Source: Octopus sinensis
Lineage: Eukaryota
Direction: 5' to 3'
Assembly (NCBI RefSeq): GCF_006345805.1
Contig: NC_043008.1
Span: forward strand, 65,286,001-65,350,000
Length of the DNA: 64,000 nucleotides
Position 1 is the stretch's first letter; each line of letters starts with the position of its first letter. A program made the translations under genes and the position numbers. This document shows positions 36,683-50,380 of this stretch, one piece after another. Below the pieces are notes generated by a model that did no database searches, was not told the DNA's origin, and was given only the letters and a program-made list of their open reading frames with translations.

Positions 36683-36899
36683 TATTCTTTTCTACACTAG
36701 GCACAAGGCCCGAAATTTTGGGGGAGAGAACCAGTCGATTAGTTCGACTTCAATGCGCAACTGGTACGTAATTTATCGACCCCGAGAGGATAAAAGGCAA
36801 AGTCGACCTCGGTGGAATTTGAACTCAGAACATAAAGACAGATGAAATATCGCTAAGCATTTTGCCCGGTGTGCTAATGTTTCTGCCAGCTCACCGCCT
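36683..36899 (-). mobile_element. SINE family B with alternative tail B2
   Basis: Same head and body as 3432-3663 but tail ..AAATTTCGGGCCTTGTGCCTAGTGTAGAAAAGAATA. Confidence 0.88.
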
Positions 36900-37171
36900 T
36901 TATTGCTGTTTATAGTGCGTCCTCTGTTGTATAGTTGTAGTTTTATAAAATGTGCAGTAGACAGTTAAATGTTTAAGTGATGGAGAAGGAATACACCATC
37001 AGTGATGCAATGTACCATTGTACGTCAGATCTATATAAATTCTGTTTTCTAGCATAACTAAGGATTAGGACGTCGGCTGCTGGTGCATATTCTGTGTGAG
37101 AGAGCGCGACTCCTCATGGAAATTTTTACACAGAAGAATACTGTACATGCATATTGAAATAGTGGCTGAGA

Positions 37172-37617
37172 TATTCTCTTCAGCTCTAGGCACAAGGTCC
37201 AACATTTTAGGGAATTTGATCGACCCCAGTACGCTGCTGGTACTTAATTTATCAACCCCGAAAGAATGAAAGACGAAGTCGAACTCAGTGGAATTTGAAC
37301 TCAAAATGCAGACACGAAATACTTATTTCTTTACTACCCACAAGGGGCTAAACACAGAGGAGACAAACAAGGACAGACAAACGGATTAAGTCGATTATAT
37401 CGACCCCAGTGCATAACTGGTACTTAATTTATCGACCCCGAAATGATGAAAAGCAAATTTGAACTCAGAACGTAACGGCAGACGAAATACCTATTTTTTA
37501 CTACCCACAAGGGGCTAAACACAGAGAAGACAAACAAGAACAGACAAACGTAACGGCAGAGGAAATACGGCTACGCATTTCTCCCGGCGTGCTAACCTTT
37601 CGGCCAACTCACCGCCT
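37172..37617 (-). mobile_element. Nested/compound SINE family B array (B1 pieces inside a B2 copy)
   Basis: One head at 37570-37617; repeated restarts at GTATTTCG (junctions about 37322 and 37490). Confidence 0.82.
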
Positions 37618-38825
37618 TGGTGGCTGAGATATTGAAAAACAAATGTTTGGCCATAGACACAGTATATCTGAGTACCAATAACATAGCATGGATTATCGAA
37701 TTTTGTATTACATTGTAATTCTATGTTTTCGAGACCAGCAATATCGTGCCTCACTAATTGAAAAGAAAGTCTTTAGTATGAGTTTCTCAAAGATAGAATA
37801 TGGACTGTTTAACCCTTATTTGATATGAGCCTGCATTCTGAAGAAGGCAAAGAAACTGAATATTTATAATATGGGGAACATTGGTGAAGATAATTACTTT
37901 AGTAGATTCAACACAACACTGCAATCGGTGCGAACAGTGAATAAGCAATCAATGATGCTTCGATAGGTTGGACTGGTCCGTTCGAATTTGATTATAGATT
38001 TGGGACTAGGAATAAAAAGAATTACTCTAGAGTATTCTGGCCGAGAGATTCTGACCTTAATATAACTGCCTAGCGTTGAATTTCTTCACAATTTCTGCAC
38101 AGCACCTTTAACGATGTAATAGACCACCAGCAACAAGAATGATTTACATTGATTTTCTGTCGGCAGTTTATGAGTAAAATTTAGTTTGGTTTGGAGACAA
38201 ATCAGTTGCTATAGAATACGAATCCGCTTCCATTGACTAACCTCTACAAGCTGTAATCAGATTATGTTGCACATGAACATTGATGCAACTAGAAAAATTA
38301 ATTAAACCAGCAATTATTGATTGGCAAGTTAATTAAAACTTATCTAGAAATAATTCCCTTTTGAATTTGTTCCCGGTCGTTAATTTACATTTCTTATCAA
38401 ACTATTATAAAACACTCTTCATTGCTGTGAATATCAATAATGCTTGACATATTTCTCTGATTAAGCGAGGAGATGAAATACTCAATACACGCTAATTGAT
38501 TTTATTGACCCACAGAGCGGCTTTAAAGTAGCTAAGCATGACGTTGAATATGATGGCATTTATTTACATTTTTTAAGCTTTTTTAGCGAAAGAAAATGGG
38601 TTTATCTATTGTATGATAGGTTAGTGTTTAGTTCCATGTCAACTCCGAGAAACCAAAACCCTGTCGTTGCGACTATATACTATCGTTTCGGAAAGAGTAC
38701 CTAGGTTTACATTGTTCAATGAGACCTTCGCTTTTTCAAAGATAGTAGGGTGTTATCGGATAGGAATTTCGCAGTGGCGGCTAGCACCGATATCTTTGAA
38801 ACTTAGAAACAAGAATAGAATGATA

Positions 38826-39190
38826 AATATTTAATAGTGGTTTCAAATTTTGGTACAAAGTCAGACATTTCGATGGGAGGGGCAATCCAGTTACATCGTT
38901 CACAGTACTTAACTGGTACTTATTTTATCGACACTGAAAGAGATGAATGGCAAAGACGAACTTGGCGGAACGGTGGAATTTTAACTCAAAATGTAAAGGG
39001 ACATAATACTGCAAAGCATTAAATGTTTACGAGGTGGCGAGCAGGTGGAATCGTTTACACGCCGGGCATAATGCTTGAGTTTATTTCGTCTGACTTTACG
39101 TTCGGGGTCGATATAATAAGTACCAGTTGAACACTTACCCGATGCCCTCGAATTGCTTGCTTACCCGATGCCCTCGAACCAATATTAACA
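38826..39190. mobile_element. Two decayed divergent SINE family B copies
   Basis: Minus copy 38826-39020 and plus copy 39031-39190 (GAGGTGGCGAGCAGG..CACGCCGGGC..GGGGTCGAT..AAGTACCAGTT). Confidence 0.6.
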
Positions 39191-39440
39191 AAATGTGTAC
39201 TAAGATAATTTTATTAATACGGAGACTTTATTTGATCTCAGTTATAGAAACTACTCATCAGTTACCACTTGATGAGTACACTACTAAAATAGCATTTTAT
39301 CTGCTCTGCTAGCAGGTAAAAAGAGATGGACAACACACACACACACATATATTCATGTATGTATGTATGTATGTATGTATGTATGTATGTATGTATGCAT
39401 GTATGTATGTATGCATGTATGTTTATATATATATGTATAT

Positions 39441-39493
<53 letters not shown>

Positions 39494-40421
39494 TATTGAA
39501 CAGTGAACAGAAATAACTGTCTAGCAATGTTCTTATCTTTGCAATAGACAGTGCCAGACAGATGTAAACACCTACGAAAAAGAAAGACTGCAAACTGTTT
39601 TCTTTTCCTTTCTTTTTCAACAAAAATATTGGAATGTTTGAATGATTTCTTGCTTGAGGCATAAAGTAGCATTTACTTCAAGAACGAAAATTATCAAACC
39701 ACTGCAACTATTATACAAAAACCGCACGACTATTCTATTCTGTTATACTATTACAGTAAACGATTATGCTACACTATTATACTAACATATTAAAACACTC
39801 TATTACTACCGCTTTAATCTATACTGTTATACCAAACTACTACTGTATAGTATAATAGTATACTATTAGACTACACAATTACTATACTATTACATATAGT
39901 TTAAGTTACCCGCTAAACTAATATACTATAATGCTATATTATTATACAACACCGTAATATAATAGAAATACAATAATGTTACATTGTATTTCACTCTGTT
40001 CCATAGTTTTTCTCTCTTCAGTATTGCATTATCCTCGGTTAACGTTCAGCCGTTTTCTTTCTTAAGAATAAATATGTTCGTTATCCTTTTTTCACACTAC
40101 TTTCATTCAATTTAGTCTCTTTCTAATATCTGGTGGTTTCCTTTAAAACAGAAGACAGATTATTGTCTTCTTCGTGTTTTATAGCTTCTTGTATTAGTGT
40201 CCATCATTCTTCACCTGATATTTTCCCAGTCCTACACTAGATATTCTATAATAGTTTTACACAGTCGCATATGTCTTGTACTATCTTGCTGTGTTGTAGT
40301 AAAACTAGATCTTATGTTTAATAAAATCACGTTCGTATCGTTAGCCTTGCATTACTTTAATGTTAATGTATATGTGTACTCGTGTGAGTGACAAAGAATT
40401 AGCACGTATGTATGTGTGTTC

Positions 40422-40648
40422 GGGTTTTATGCGCTCGGCCCTGTGTGAAATTTAAACACAGATAGTCCTAATATCCATCTTCAAATATAGCTATTTTCTT
40501 TCCTAACATTTGTCAGTGTATTTACGTGTGTTTGAATGGTTTTGGGGTTTCATGCGCTCGCCCCTGTACGAAATTTACATACAGATAGTCCTAGTATCCC
40601 TTTTCAAATATCGCTATTTTCTTTCCTAACATTTGTCAGTGTATTTAC
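40422..40648 (+). repeat. About 104-bp tandem duplication (period 123)
   Basis: GGGTTT..ATGCGCTCG..ACAGATAGTCCTA..CTAACATTTGTCAGTGTATTTAC at 40422-40525 and 40545-40648. Confidence 0.88.
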
Positions 40649-41839
40649 TATATACTGTTTTATCGAAGAGTTTCATTTAAGATCAAATATCTAAGGATAC
40701 CAGATAATTAAAAATTGTTATATCTCGTCTCATCATTGTTTTTTAGTGATATCCTAGTCACTGAAAACAAGCATGTTATCTTTTACGGTGTCAGTCACCT
40801 CTCCAGGATATGAATGTGGAAGACATTTAACAAGTTCTTATTTAATTAAGCCTACAATAAAGTTCGATTCCTGACAAAGCCATGAAACTAAACATTTTTA
40901 TGTACCTGTGGCAGTGAACCGTTGTCTTTGCTTTGCAATACATATATCACAAACAAAAACAAAATACATTTATATTGGTAGAATCATGGCACTTGAGAGT
41001 TTTCCTAACTTGTAATCGAAAAGAACATTCTGAATTCTTGAATACCAGGTAATGAACCAAGTTTATCACAAAATCGCATAGATTTCACATGTAAACAAAG
41101 CACATGTGTACTTATATTTCTGTAAATCCAACCACTCACCAATGCACACTGTTTTATATGATAGAATTTATAGCTATTGATTCTTCGTAGATAAGAGTAA
41201 TCAATGTTGGTTGACTTTAATTCAAGATTTCCTGATTAATTAAAAAGGAACTGCATTGAAGACATCCATTTCAGTTAGAGTATTTCCATTTCATATAGCA
41301 CTAGACGTGACTTCTGTACGAAATATTATTAAGAGGAATTAGCAAAGAAGATTATCAAAACTCTGAATCTTTGGAAGAGATATCAAGTGTTAAATTAGAA
41401 ACAAATCCTCTAGATCTTAAACTTAATCCGATTAAATCTCGTGAAATGGGGGTTAATATATATCATATGATTATTTTAAGTAATGCAATGTTATACCAAG
41501 CAGTAAAGAAAGCGTGGTAAATATACAGATATTAAGTGATATTATACGGGATATATAACAGATTCAGTAATAGAAGTCAATCTTTACGATTATGTAATAA
41601 AAATGCTGCTGGGTACGAGGAAGCGTATAATATCCGACTAAATGTTTTATCATGTCATTCCTTTCGTTGAAACTTAAAATTGAGAAGATTTGCAAGTCTT
41701 CTACTAAGGTCTATAATTTGTGCCACGAATGCATTAGTTCAATAATGAGTAATATATTCACTTGGTTCTAAATTATTGAAAATGCTTAATCACAATATAC
41801 AGTGAAGTACAATATATTTAAGTAAAAATTAACTACAAG

Positions 41840-42002
41840 CGCAGGAGTGACTGTGTGGTAAGTAGCTTGCTCACCAACGACATGGTTCCGGGTTCAGTCC
41901 CACTGCGTGGCACCTTGGGCGAGTGTCTTCTACTATAGCCTCAGGCCTACCAAAGCCTCGTGAGTGGATTTGGTAGACGGGAACTGAAAGAAGCCCGGTG
42001 TA

Positions 42003-42059
<57 letters not shown>

Positions 42060-42280
42060 TATGTGTGTGTGTGTGTGGTCTGTGTTTGTTCCCCCAAATC
42101 TCTTGAAACCGATGCTGGTGTGTTTGTGACCCCCGTAACTTAGCGATTCGGCAAAAGAGACCGATAGAATAATACTAGGCTTACAAAGAATAAGTCCTGG
42201 GATCGATGTGCTCGACTAAAGGTGGTGTTCCAGCATAGCGGCAGTCAAATGACTGAAGCAAGTAAAAGAGTAAAAGAGTA
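41840..42280 (+). mobile_element. SINE family A, full length
   Basis: GCAGGAGTGACTGTGTGGTAAGTAGC head to AGTAAAAGAGTAAAAGAG tail. Confidence 0.92.
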
Positions 42281-43600
42281 CAGTTAATTATACTGTTAAC
42301 TATAGTATAATTTATTCCAAACGAAAGGTACATTCAATATAGTTTAGTCTATTTGCCAAATTATTAAATACAAGATGGTTGAATTGATAGACGGAAAGAT
42401 TCGTTCTTGCGTGGTGTAAAATACACTGCATTCAGCATTTGATCCAGCTATTTAAGATTTGAATTCAAATCCCAACAAGTGTAGCTAGCACCATGTTAGG
42501 GCAGAAGAGTCAGTCCAAGGATGCTAATTATTGAGATAGTCGCAGAGGTAGTCGAAGATGCTTGTCGACATTATTTCCATCTTTCTATGGAGTGGATTCT
42601 TCGTTAGGTACGGAGAAACTCTTTGTCAACTAGTTACTCCCATTTTGGAAATGTATCTTTCACGAACATTAAGTGACGGCCTTCCAAGTCTTGCTTGCAA
42701 AACACCAATGAAATAGAGGTTCAGAAGTTATATATATATATATATATATATATCTTTTCGATATAGTTTAGTCAATATATAAAGTTAATAAATATAATAG
42801 AATTGATGTTGTGGTAGACGAGAAGAATCATTCGTGCGTGGGACAAAATGCATTGCATGCAACAATTAATTCAGCTATTCAAGTCCTGAGTTCCCATCCT
42901 CAGAAGTGCAACTGTAACTAGCAAGATACAACGTCTCAGCCCTTTAAAATTTGAACCAGTGGAACCTCCAATATGTAACAGATGAAGAGAGAACGATCAG
43001 CACTTGGTTGTTACTGATTTTCAAAGAAGAGTATGTAAGGACGGAACCCATTATCTCATGGTCTTGAAATTAATGCATCAATGCCATCAATACATACTCT
43101 CCGCTAGCTACTTTTAAGCTTTTGATTCTGATAACGTTGCATCTCCTGTGGCAGCAGACAATTACAATAATAGAAAAATCGATGTGATGTCTAATTGCTT
43201 TCACAAACAAGCTTTTGTTTAAAGGTAATTTCTTACCATCTCACACAGAAAAGAATTCCAGAGAAATTCAAGGGCCTAAGTCTTTACTAAGGAAAGTTAA
43301 TCTCAGCCGAGTTAGTTCCCCTATATCTGATAGCGTTGTACCGCGCAGTTATTTAAGCTGAAATCCCAAAATATTCTCCTCAGATGTTATTGCAAATGTG
43401 CTGGATATTACCGTACCTCTCACTGATAAGGGTGGAAAGCTTTTTCAGCTACAAGCTACCACAGTTTCATTCTCTGAGTATATCAGATCGATTAGAAACG
43501 AGTCTTGAGCCTTTAAACGTCTAAGCAGCATAACGTATGGTGCAATAATTTTCGTCACTTCTATAATTATTCTTATACATGTGTGTGTCCACATGTATGT

Positions 43601-44997
43601 GTGTATGTCTATATATATCTTATTATTTGTGTATGTCTATATATATCTTATTATTTGTGTATGTCTATATATATCTTATTATTTGTGTATGTCTATATAT
43701 ATCTTATTATTTGTGCATGTCTATATATATCTTATTATTTGTGTATGTCTATATATATCTTATTATTTGTGCATGTCTATATATATCTTATTATTTGTGC
43801 ATGTCTATATATATCTTATTATTTGTGTATGTCTATATATATCTTATTATTTGTGTATGTCTATATATATCTTATTATTTGTGCATGTCTATATATATCT
43901 TATTATTTGTGTATGTCTATATATATCTTATTATTTGTGCATGTCTATATATATCTTATTATTTGTGTATGTCTATATATATCTTATTATTTGTGTATGT
44001 CTATATATATCTTATTATTTGTGTATGTCTATATATATCTTATTATTTGTGCATGTCTATATATATCTTATTATTTGTGTATGTCTATATATATCTTATT
44101 ATTTGTGTATGTCTAATATATCTTATTATTTGTGCATGTCTATATATATCTATTATTTGTGTATGTCTATATATATCTTATTATTTTGTGTAGTCTATAT
44201 ATATCTTATTATTTGTGTATGTCTATATTATCTTATTATTTGTGTATGTCTATATATTCTTATTATTTGTGTATGTCTATATATATCTTATTATTTGTGC
44301 ATGTCTATATATATCTTATTATTTGTGTATGTCTATATATATATTATTATTTGTGTATGTCTATATATATCTTATTATTTGTGTATGTCTATATATATCT
44401 TATTATTTGTGTATGTCTATATAATCTTATTATTTGTGTATGTCTATATATATATCTTATTATTTGTGTATGTCTATATATATCTTATTATTTGTGTATG
44501 TCTATATATATCTTATTATTTGTGTATGTCTATATATATCTTATATTTGTGTATGTCTATATATATCTTATTATTGTGTATGTCTATATATATCTTATTT
44601 TGTGCATGTCTATATATATTCTTATTATTTGTGTATGTCTATATATATCTTATTATTTGTGTATGTCTATATATATCTTATTAGTTGTGTATGTCTATAT
44701 ATATCTTATTATTTGTGTATGTCTATATATATCTTATTTGTGTATGTCTATATATATCTTATTATTTGTGTATGTCTATATATATCTTATTATTTGTGTA
44801 TGTCTATATATATCTTATTATTTGTGTATGTCTATATATATCTTATTATTTGTGTATGTCTATATATATCTTATTATTTGTGTATGTCTATATATATCTT
44901 ATTATTTGTGTATGTCTATATATATCTTATTATTTGTGTATGTCTATATATATCTTATTATTTGTGTATGTCTATATATATCTTATTATTTGTGCAT
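43601..44997 (+). repeat. 28-bp minisatellite, about 50 copies (GTGTATGTCTATATATATCTTATTATTT)
   Basis: Direct tandem array with a T/C variant (GTGCATG). Confidence 0.97.
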
Positions 44998-45199
44998 TTA
45001 AATCATTGTACTGCGACTTTTTTAGGACGTTGTTTTAAAAACCATTTCGACCGACTCAAGAACTTGTTTCGAAATCTTGTACCATATCGACTTCTGTTGT
45101 CGAAAGAGTACATGACGGGGACGTCAAGAAACACAACTCCAATTGTTTCGCAGTGATGGAGAGTAAAGACAAAACACGCATACATACGCGCACACACTA

Positions 45200-45240
<41 letters not shown>

Positions 45241-45250
<10 letters not shown>

Positions 45251-45418
45251 TATTAGAGACAAAACCACTATTTTGCAAAACAAACAAGGAAAGACTTAAT
45301 CAATACATAAAATTTTAATAAATTTTAATAATTTAATAAATTTTAATAAATAGTATTGATTAAGTATTTCCTTGTTTGTTTTGCAAAATAGTGGTTTTGT
45401 CTCTAATAATATTTTATA
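45241..45418. repeat. Fold-back with about 65-bp arms and AT-rich tandem spacer
   Basis: TATAAAATATTATTAGAGACAAAACCACTATTTTGCAAAACAAACAAGGAAA.. vs ..TTTCCTTGTTTGTTTTGCAAAATAGTGGTTTTGTCTCTAATAATATTTTATA. Confidence 0.88.
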
Positions 45419-45495
45419 ATATTTTACTATAAAATTGGATTTAATCCTAAATCTGATTTTTTCCCTGTAAATTTGGATTTATTCCCTAATATTTA

Positions 45496-45589
<94 letters not shown>

Positions 45590-45609
45590 ATCTTTTAATT
45601 GTTTAACGT

Positions 45610-45745
45610 ATTAGAGCACAGTACTTTTTTTTTTCAAACATGAAAATAACCCTAACTGTTTCTTTTGCTGAACTGCTAAATTACGGGATGTAAACACACC
45701 AATACCGTTTGCCAAACGGTGATAGCGACAAACACACACACATAA
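45610..45745 (-). mobile_element. SINE family A internal fragment
   Basis: CTTTTGCTGAACTGCTAAATTACGGGATGTAAACACACC matches the A body (reverse complement). Confidence 0.65.
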
Positions 45746-45981
45746 ATACACACAGACATATATGTATGTATGTATGTATGTATATACATATGTATATATA
45801 TAAATATTTAAGTAGTTGAATGAATTATCCTAGTATGGATAACTCGGTTAACCGATACCCGGGTAGCAAATTCACGTCAGAAAAACACGGTTGAAGCTAC
45901 ATGCCAAGGGCAGAGATCACGTGCTTTCGTGTGGAAATTTTTTTTTTTAATATAATGTGTGTATATATATATATATATATA

Positions 45982-46025
<44 letters not shown>

Positions 46026-46779
46026 TATATATATATATATATATATATAATATGTGTGTGTGTGTGTGTGTGTGTGTGTATTTATGACTGTTTTACATAC
46101 TATTTCCGTTTATCACATTTATTCACAAAACACGAAGGCATTGATTTGAAAGATTATATACTAGAAGACAATTTCCAGAGTACCTGACAATGAGGCCGAA
46201 AGACAACAAACTATGCAGCTGCAAAGCAAGGTGTGGTTCTTAACCACACAGCCATGCTTGCGTGTTCGAGTGCATTTGTGTCTGTGTAAATGTGTATTTG
46301 TGTAAGTTATTTATGTGTTTGAACGTATTCCCACCATTACACGGACTCGATTTTTCTGTGAATTACAAAATTCAAGCTGGAGCGTCAACAGACGTGAACT
46401 AGACCACGCATGGCTTAATGTTAAATTAAACAATGCAACTGCGTTAAATGGAGCATATGATAATTTACAATTAATGAAATTAAATTAAGCTGAAAATGTT
46501 TGATAATGCAATTATAGGGATATAATTGAAAGGAGTGGTAACTTGTGAAATTTTCAGAAATGTTGTAATTTAAACTGAAAATAAGTTTGAAACAACACTG
46601 TGAAGTGAAAAGATTATTGAGAAGAGGCGCAAGTTTAATTTATCAAATAATAACAACAACAATAATAATTATAATGATAATGATAATTAAAAAGGAAAAG
46701 GTGTATGATAGTGCGAGGAGAATTCGTGAAGAAGACTAGGGGAGGTTAGGAGTAGAGGATGTCAAAAGAAAAGAGAAGC

Positions 46780-46826
<47 letters not shown>

Positions 46827-47159
46827 CTGATGATGATGGTGATGATGATGATGATGTGGTGGTGGTGGTGGTAGTGGTATTGGTGGTGGTGGTGGTAGTG
46901 GTGTTGGTAGTGAAGCAGAAAAAAGGAGGAGGAGGGTGAGATCAAGGAAAAGAAGAAGAAGAAGAAGAAGAAGAAGAAGAGGAGGAGGAGGATGAGGGAG
47001 AGGAAGAAAGGAAAAGGCGGAAAGGAGAGGAAAGAGTCATGGAGACAGCAGAGAGAGGGAAAAAATGAATGTTAGACGGGTAGGTAAGAAGATATATATA
47101 TAGAGAGAGAGAGATAGATAGGTAGATAGATAGATAGATAGATAGACAGACATACAGAC

Positions 47160-47195
<36 letters not shown>

Positions 47196-47251
47196 GGACA
47201 GACGGACGGATGAACAGATAGACAGACAGAAACATGACAGATAGACAGACA

Positions 47252-47340
<89 letters not shown>
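46780..47340 (+). repeat. (GAT)n-(GGT)n-(GAA)n-(GAG)n then (GATA/GACA)n compound microsatellite
   Basis: Directly visible. Confidence 0.95.
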
Positions 47341-48000
47341 GAAGAAGAGAGAGGAAAATTCGAAATGAAAAATGGAAATGTTATATGACCAGCTCTGTAA
47401 GAGATACTCAGCTGTTTTTTCTAGATTCCATCAACAAAACTTTTATTCTCAGACATCTCAGGTTGATCGATCAAGAGGAAAAAAAATGGAAAGACAAAGA
47501 AGACGAAGACAGCCTTCTAGAAAAGAACAACAACATGGAAATGAAGAGAGCAAAAATAAATTTGAGAAAAAAAAAAGGGAGAGGGAAATGAAGACAGAAC
47601 AAAGGACAAACAGAAAAGAAGATGAATGAAGTGGAAGAGACGAAGTAGAAAATGCGAAGATATAGATGAAAGGAAATGAAAATATTAAAAGTAAAAATAT
47701 GAGAAAGAGTAACAGATGAGGGCATGTTAAGAAAGATAAGGAAATAAAAGGACTTGCATTTTTGCTTTTAAATTATAAATTAAAAGATAAGGAAGTGAGA
47801 ATATAAGATGAAGGTATCAGTTTAAAGAATGAAAGACAAGATAAAAAGACTAATGAAGCTTTGCCAGCAATTTGGAGGGAGTATTTAGTCGATTAAATCG
47901 GCCCCAATTTATGTCTGGTACTTTATTTTATTGACTCAGGCAAGAATGAAATGCAAAGTTTCCTCGAGTTTAATTGAACTCCGAACATAAATATCTTGTA

Positions 48001-48303
48001 CTAGCAGTATCGCCCGGCGTTGCTCGGGTTTGTAAGGGACATAACTATATAAGCATTTTTAGTGAGTTACTTCCCTTATATAATAGCAAAAAAATGCATT
48101 AAAAATGGGAAAAAATGATGGTAAATTTTTTATTTAATCATAGACTCATCGTAGACGCGTGCTAATACCCAGAAGGGCTCGATATGAATCATGACTATAA
48201 GATACCCGGTTTTGGTTAAACTGCACCGCAAAATGTGGGAGTAGTTAGGAATCTAAATCATAGGAGACAGACACTCACACAACTTCACTTTTATATATAA
48301 AGA
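48001..48303 (-). mobile_element. Complete 303-bp non-autonomous Helitron
   Basis: Minus strand A|TCTTTATATATAAAAG ... CCCGAGCAACGCCGGG-8 nt-CTAG|T: TC start, GC hairpin, CTAG end, A/T insertion site, no TSD. Confidence 0.9.
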
Positions 48304-49807
48304 TATATGCAGTGACGTGCGTTCCCCAACATTCTAGCTATTCTGGAAACTCACTGATATAACTAGCATGAAGTTATATAATGTGTTAAGAGAGAGATTC
48401 GTGCGACACACAATACTGGAGATACGTGGTAATAAAAAGATTTTCTCTCAAAGACCAAATTTGAAATAGTGAAAATTACACCGAGAAAGTGAACAGTAAA
48501 TATGTGGACATTGGTTAAGTAACAGTATAGCAAAAATGACAGACTGGATTAAATAGATAAAGCGAGAATTAACGAGATTTGAAGGAAATCTTATCTCAAG
48601 AGTTTTGTTTTAATGAGAGAGAATACTTTGAAAATCAGAATACTGCGAGACAGGTCTTTCGCTAGAGTGGTCCACATGTTCAATTCAGACATATGTATTA
48701 GATTTTCAGTAAAGTTTACGAAGATTTATCAAGTATTAAATGATTGTTTTTGTTTGAAATACTTGGAGATTTCTAAAGTATAATTAACGTAGGATTTTCA
48801 GCTTTCCCATTCATTATTCCTGCTTTACAATTTATTCGACGACACTTACTGAAATGTAGAACAATACATATAAATATGCTTCACCATATTCCAATATATC
48901 TCACGATATTTGATAACACTAAACAATACTATCGAGAAATTATAAAATTAGTTTACATACTAACATTTATCATATATCAGATATTGCTGTCTACGCAGTT
49001 ATTTAACTTGAAATATATATGCATATATATATATATATTTATACGAACATGTTTATATATATGGATGTGTATGTATATATGTAGATATGTGTATGTATTT
49101 ATGCATCTGTGTATGTATTGTATGAGTAAGTTTATTACAACCACTGTTTAGTTCCAAGTAAAATACGAAATATATACCTGTTGTTCGTTGCTACAACAAC
49201 AGAACATAGTGAACACCTTTAGCAATGGAGTAATAGAAATAATGCTAGAAAAATGTTTTGTACAAAGAAATAAAAGACTCAAGCATAAAAAATAAACACA
49301 TCCTATAACGGATATATGAATATATGTGCAACAATAATAAAGTTCTAGGGAAATAATGTATATTACAATCCTCACACCATGGCTGCCTTGACTTAACTTT
49401 GCTTAGTTGCAAAAAAAAATGGTCACATAAAGTCTGCAAAAGCCAAACATTTCCGATTGCTCAATCAGGACTTTTCAAAATGAAATAAAATTACCACACT
49501 TTCATTTAAGCAAAATTGCAAGCAAGGATTTTAAATAAAAATTTCCGTATAAATAATGTTTAGCGTGACGTATAATCGGCCATTCACCTTCAGACCCAAC
49601 AAACTCAATCACTTTCAAAGTTTTAGTGTTTATATAAATTCTTGGCATTTTTCTTTTAACTTTCCTTGAAAAAAATGTTAAATAAATTTAGTTTTCAGTG
49701 TTCGGAAGCATTAGATTTGTCACGACAAACGTTAATAGAGTGGGACAAAGAATTTAAAAGCTATGGGAGATTATGCAGTTACAATAACATGAATCTATAT
49801 TATTGCT

Positions 49808-50022
49808 CTTTTTACTCTTTAACACTTTTACTTATTTCTGTCATTTGACTGCGATCATACTGGAGAACCGCCTTTAGTCGAGCAAATCGCCCCCAGGACT
49901 TAGTCTTTTTAAGCGTAGTACTTATTCTATCGGTGTCTTTTGCCGAACTGCTAAGTTACGGGGACGTAAACACACCAGCATTGGTTGTCAATCGATGTTG
50001 GTGGGACAACACAGACACACAA

Positions 50023-50040
<18 letters not shown>
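49808..50040 (-). mobile_element. SINE family A 3' half
   Basis: Reverse complement of A body and tail, truncated at the internal microsatellite. Confidence 0.88.
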
Positions 50041-50060
<20 letters not shown>

Positions 50061-50061
50061 T

Positions 50062-50260
50062 GGCGTAGGAGTGGCTGTGTGGTAAGTAGCTTGCTTACCA
50101 ACCACATGGTCACTATTGAGTCCCACTGCGTGGCACCTTGGGCAAGTGTCTTCTACTATAGCCTCGGGCCGACCAAAGCGTCGTGAATGGATTTGGTAGA
50201 CGGAAACTAGAAGAAGCCCGTCGTATATGTATATATATATATGTGTGTGTGCGTGTGTGC

Positions 50261-50309
<49 letters not shown>

Positions 50310-50380
50310 TGTGTTTGTCCCTCCAACATCGCTTGACAACCGATGCTGGTGTGTATATGTCCCCGAAACTTAGCGGTTCG
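50062..50380 (+). mobile_element. SINE family A, 3'-truncated
   Basis: GGCGTAGGAGTGGCTGTGTGGTAAGTAGC head through CTTAGCGGTTCGGC. Confidence 0.9.

Noticed and set aside
39240-39290. Inverted TACTCATCA/TGATGAGTA pair resembling decayed hammerheads
   Set aside because: GAAA absent on both strands; too degenerate to call
42480-43560. Moderately complex unique sequence as possible exon or UTR
   Set aside because: Stops in the frames examined and no identifiable motif
43579-45156. Long ORFs of 117-367 aa
   Set aside because: Translations of the stop-free 28-bp minisatellite; repetitive in all frames with no protein signature
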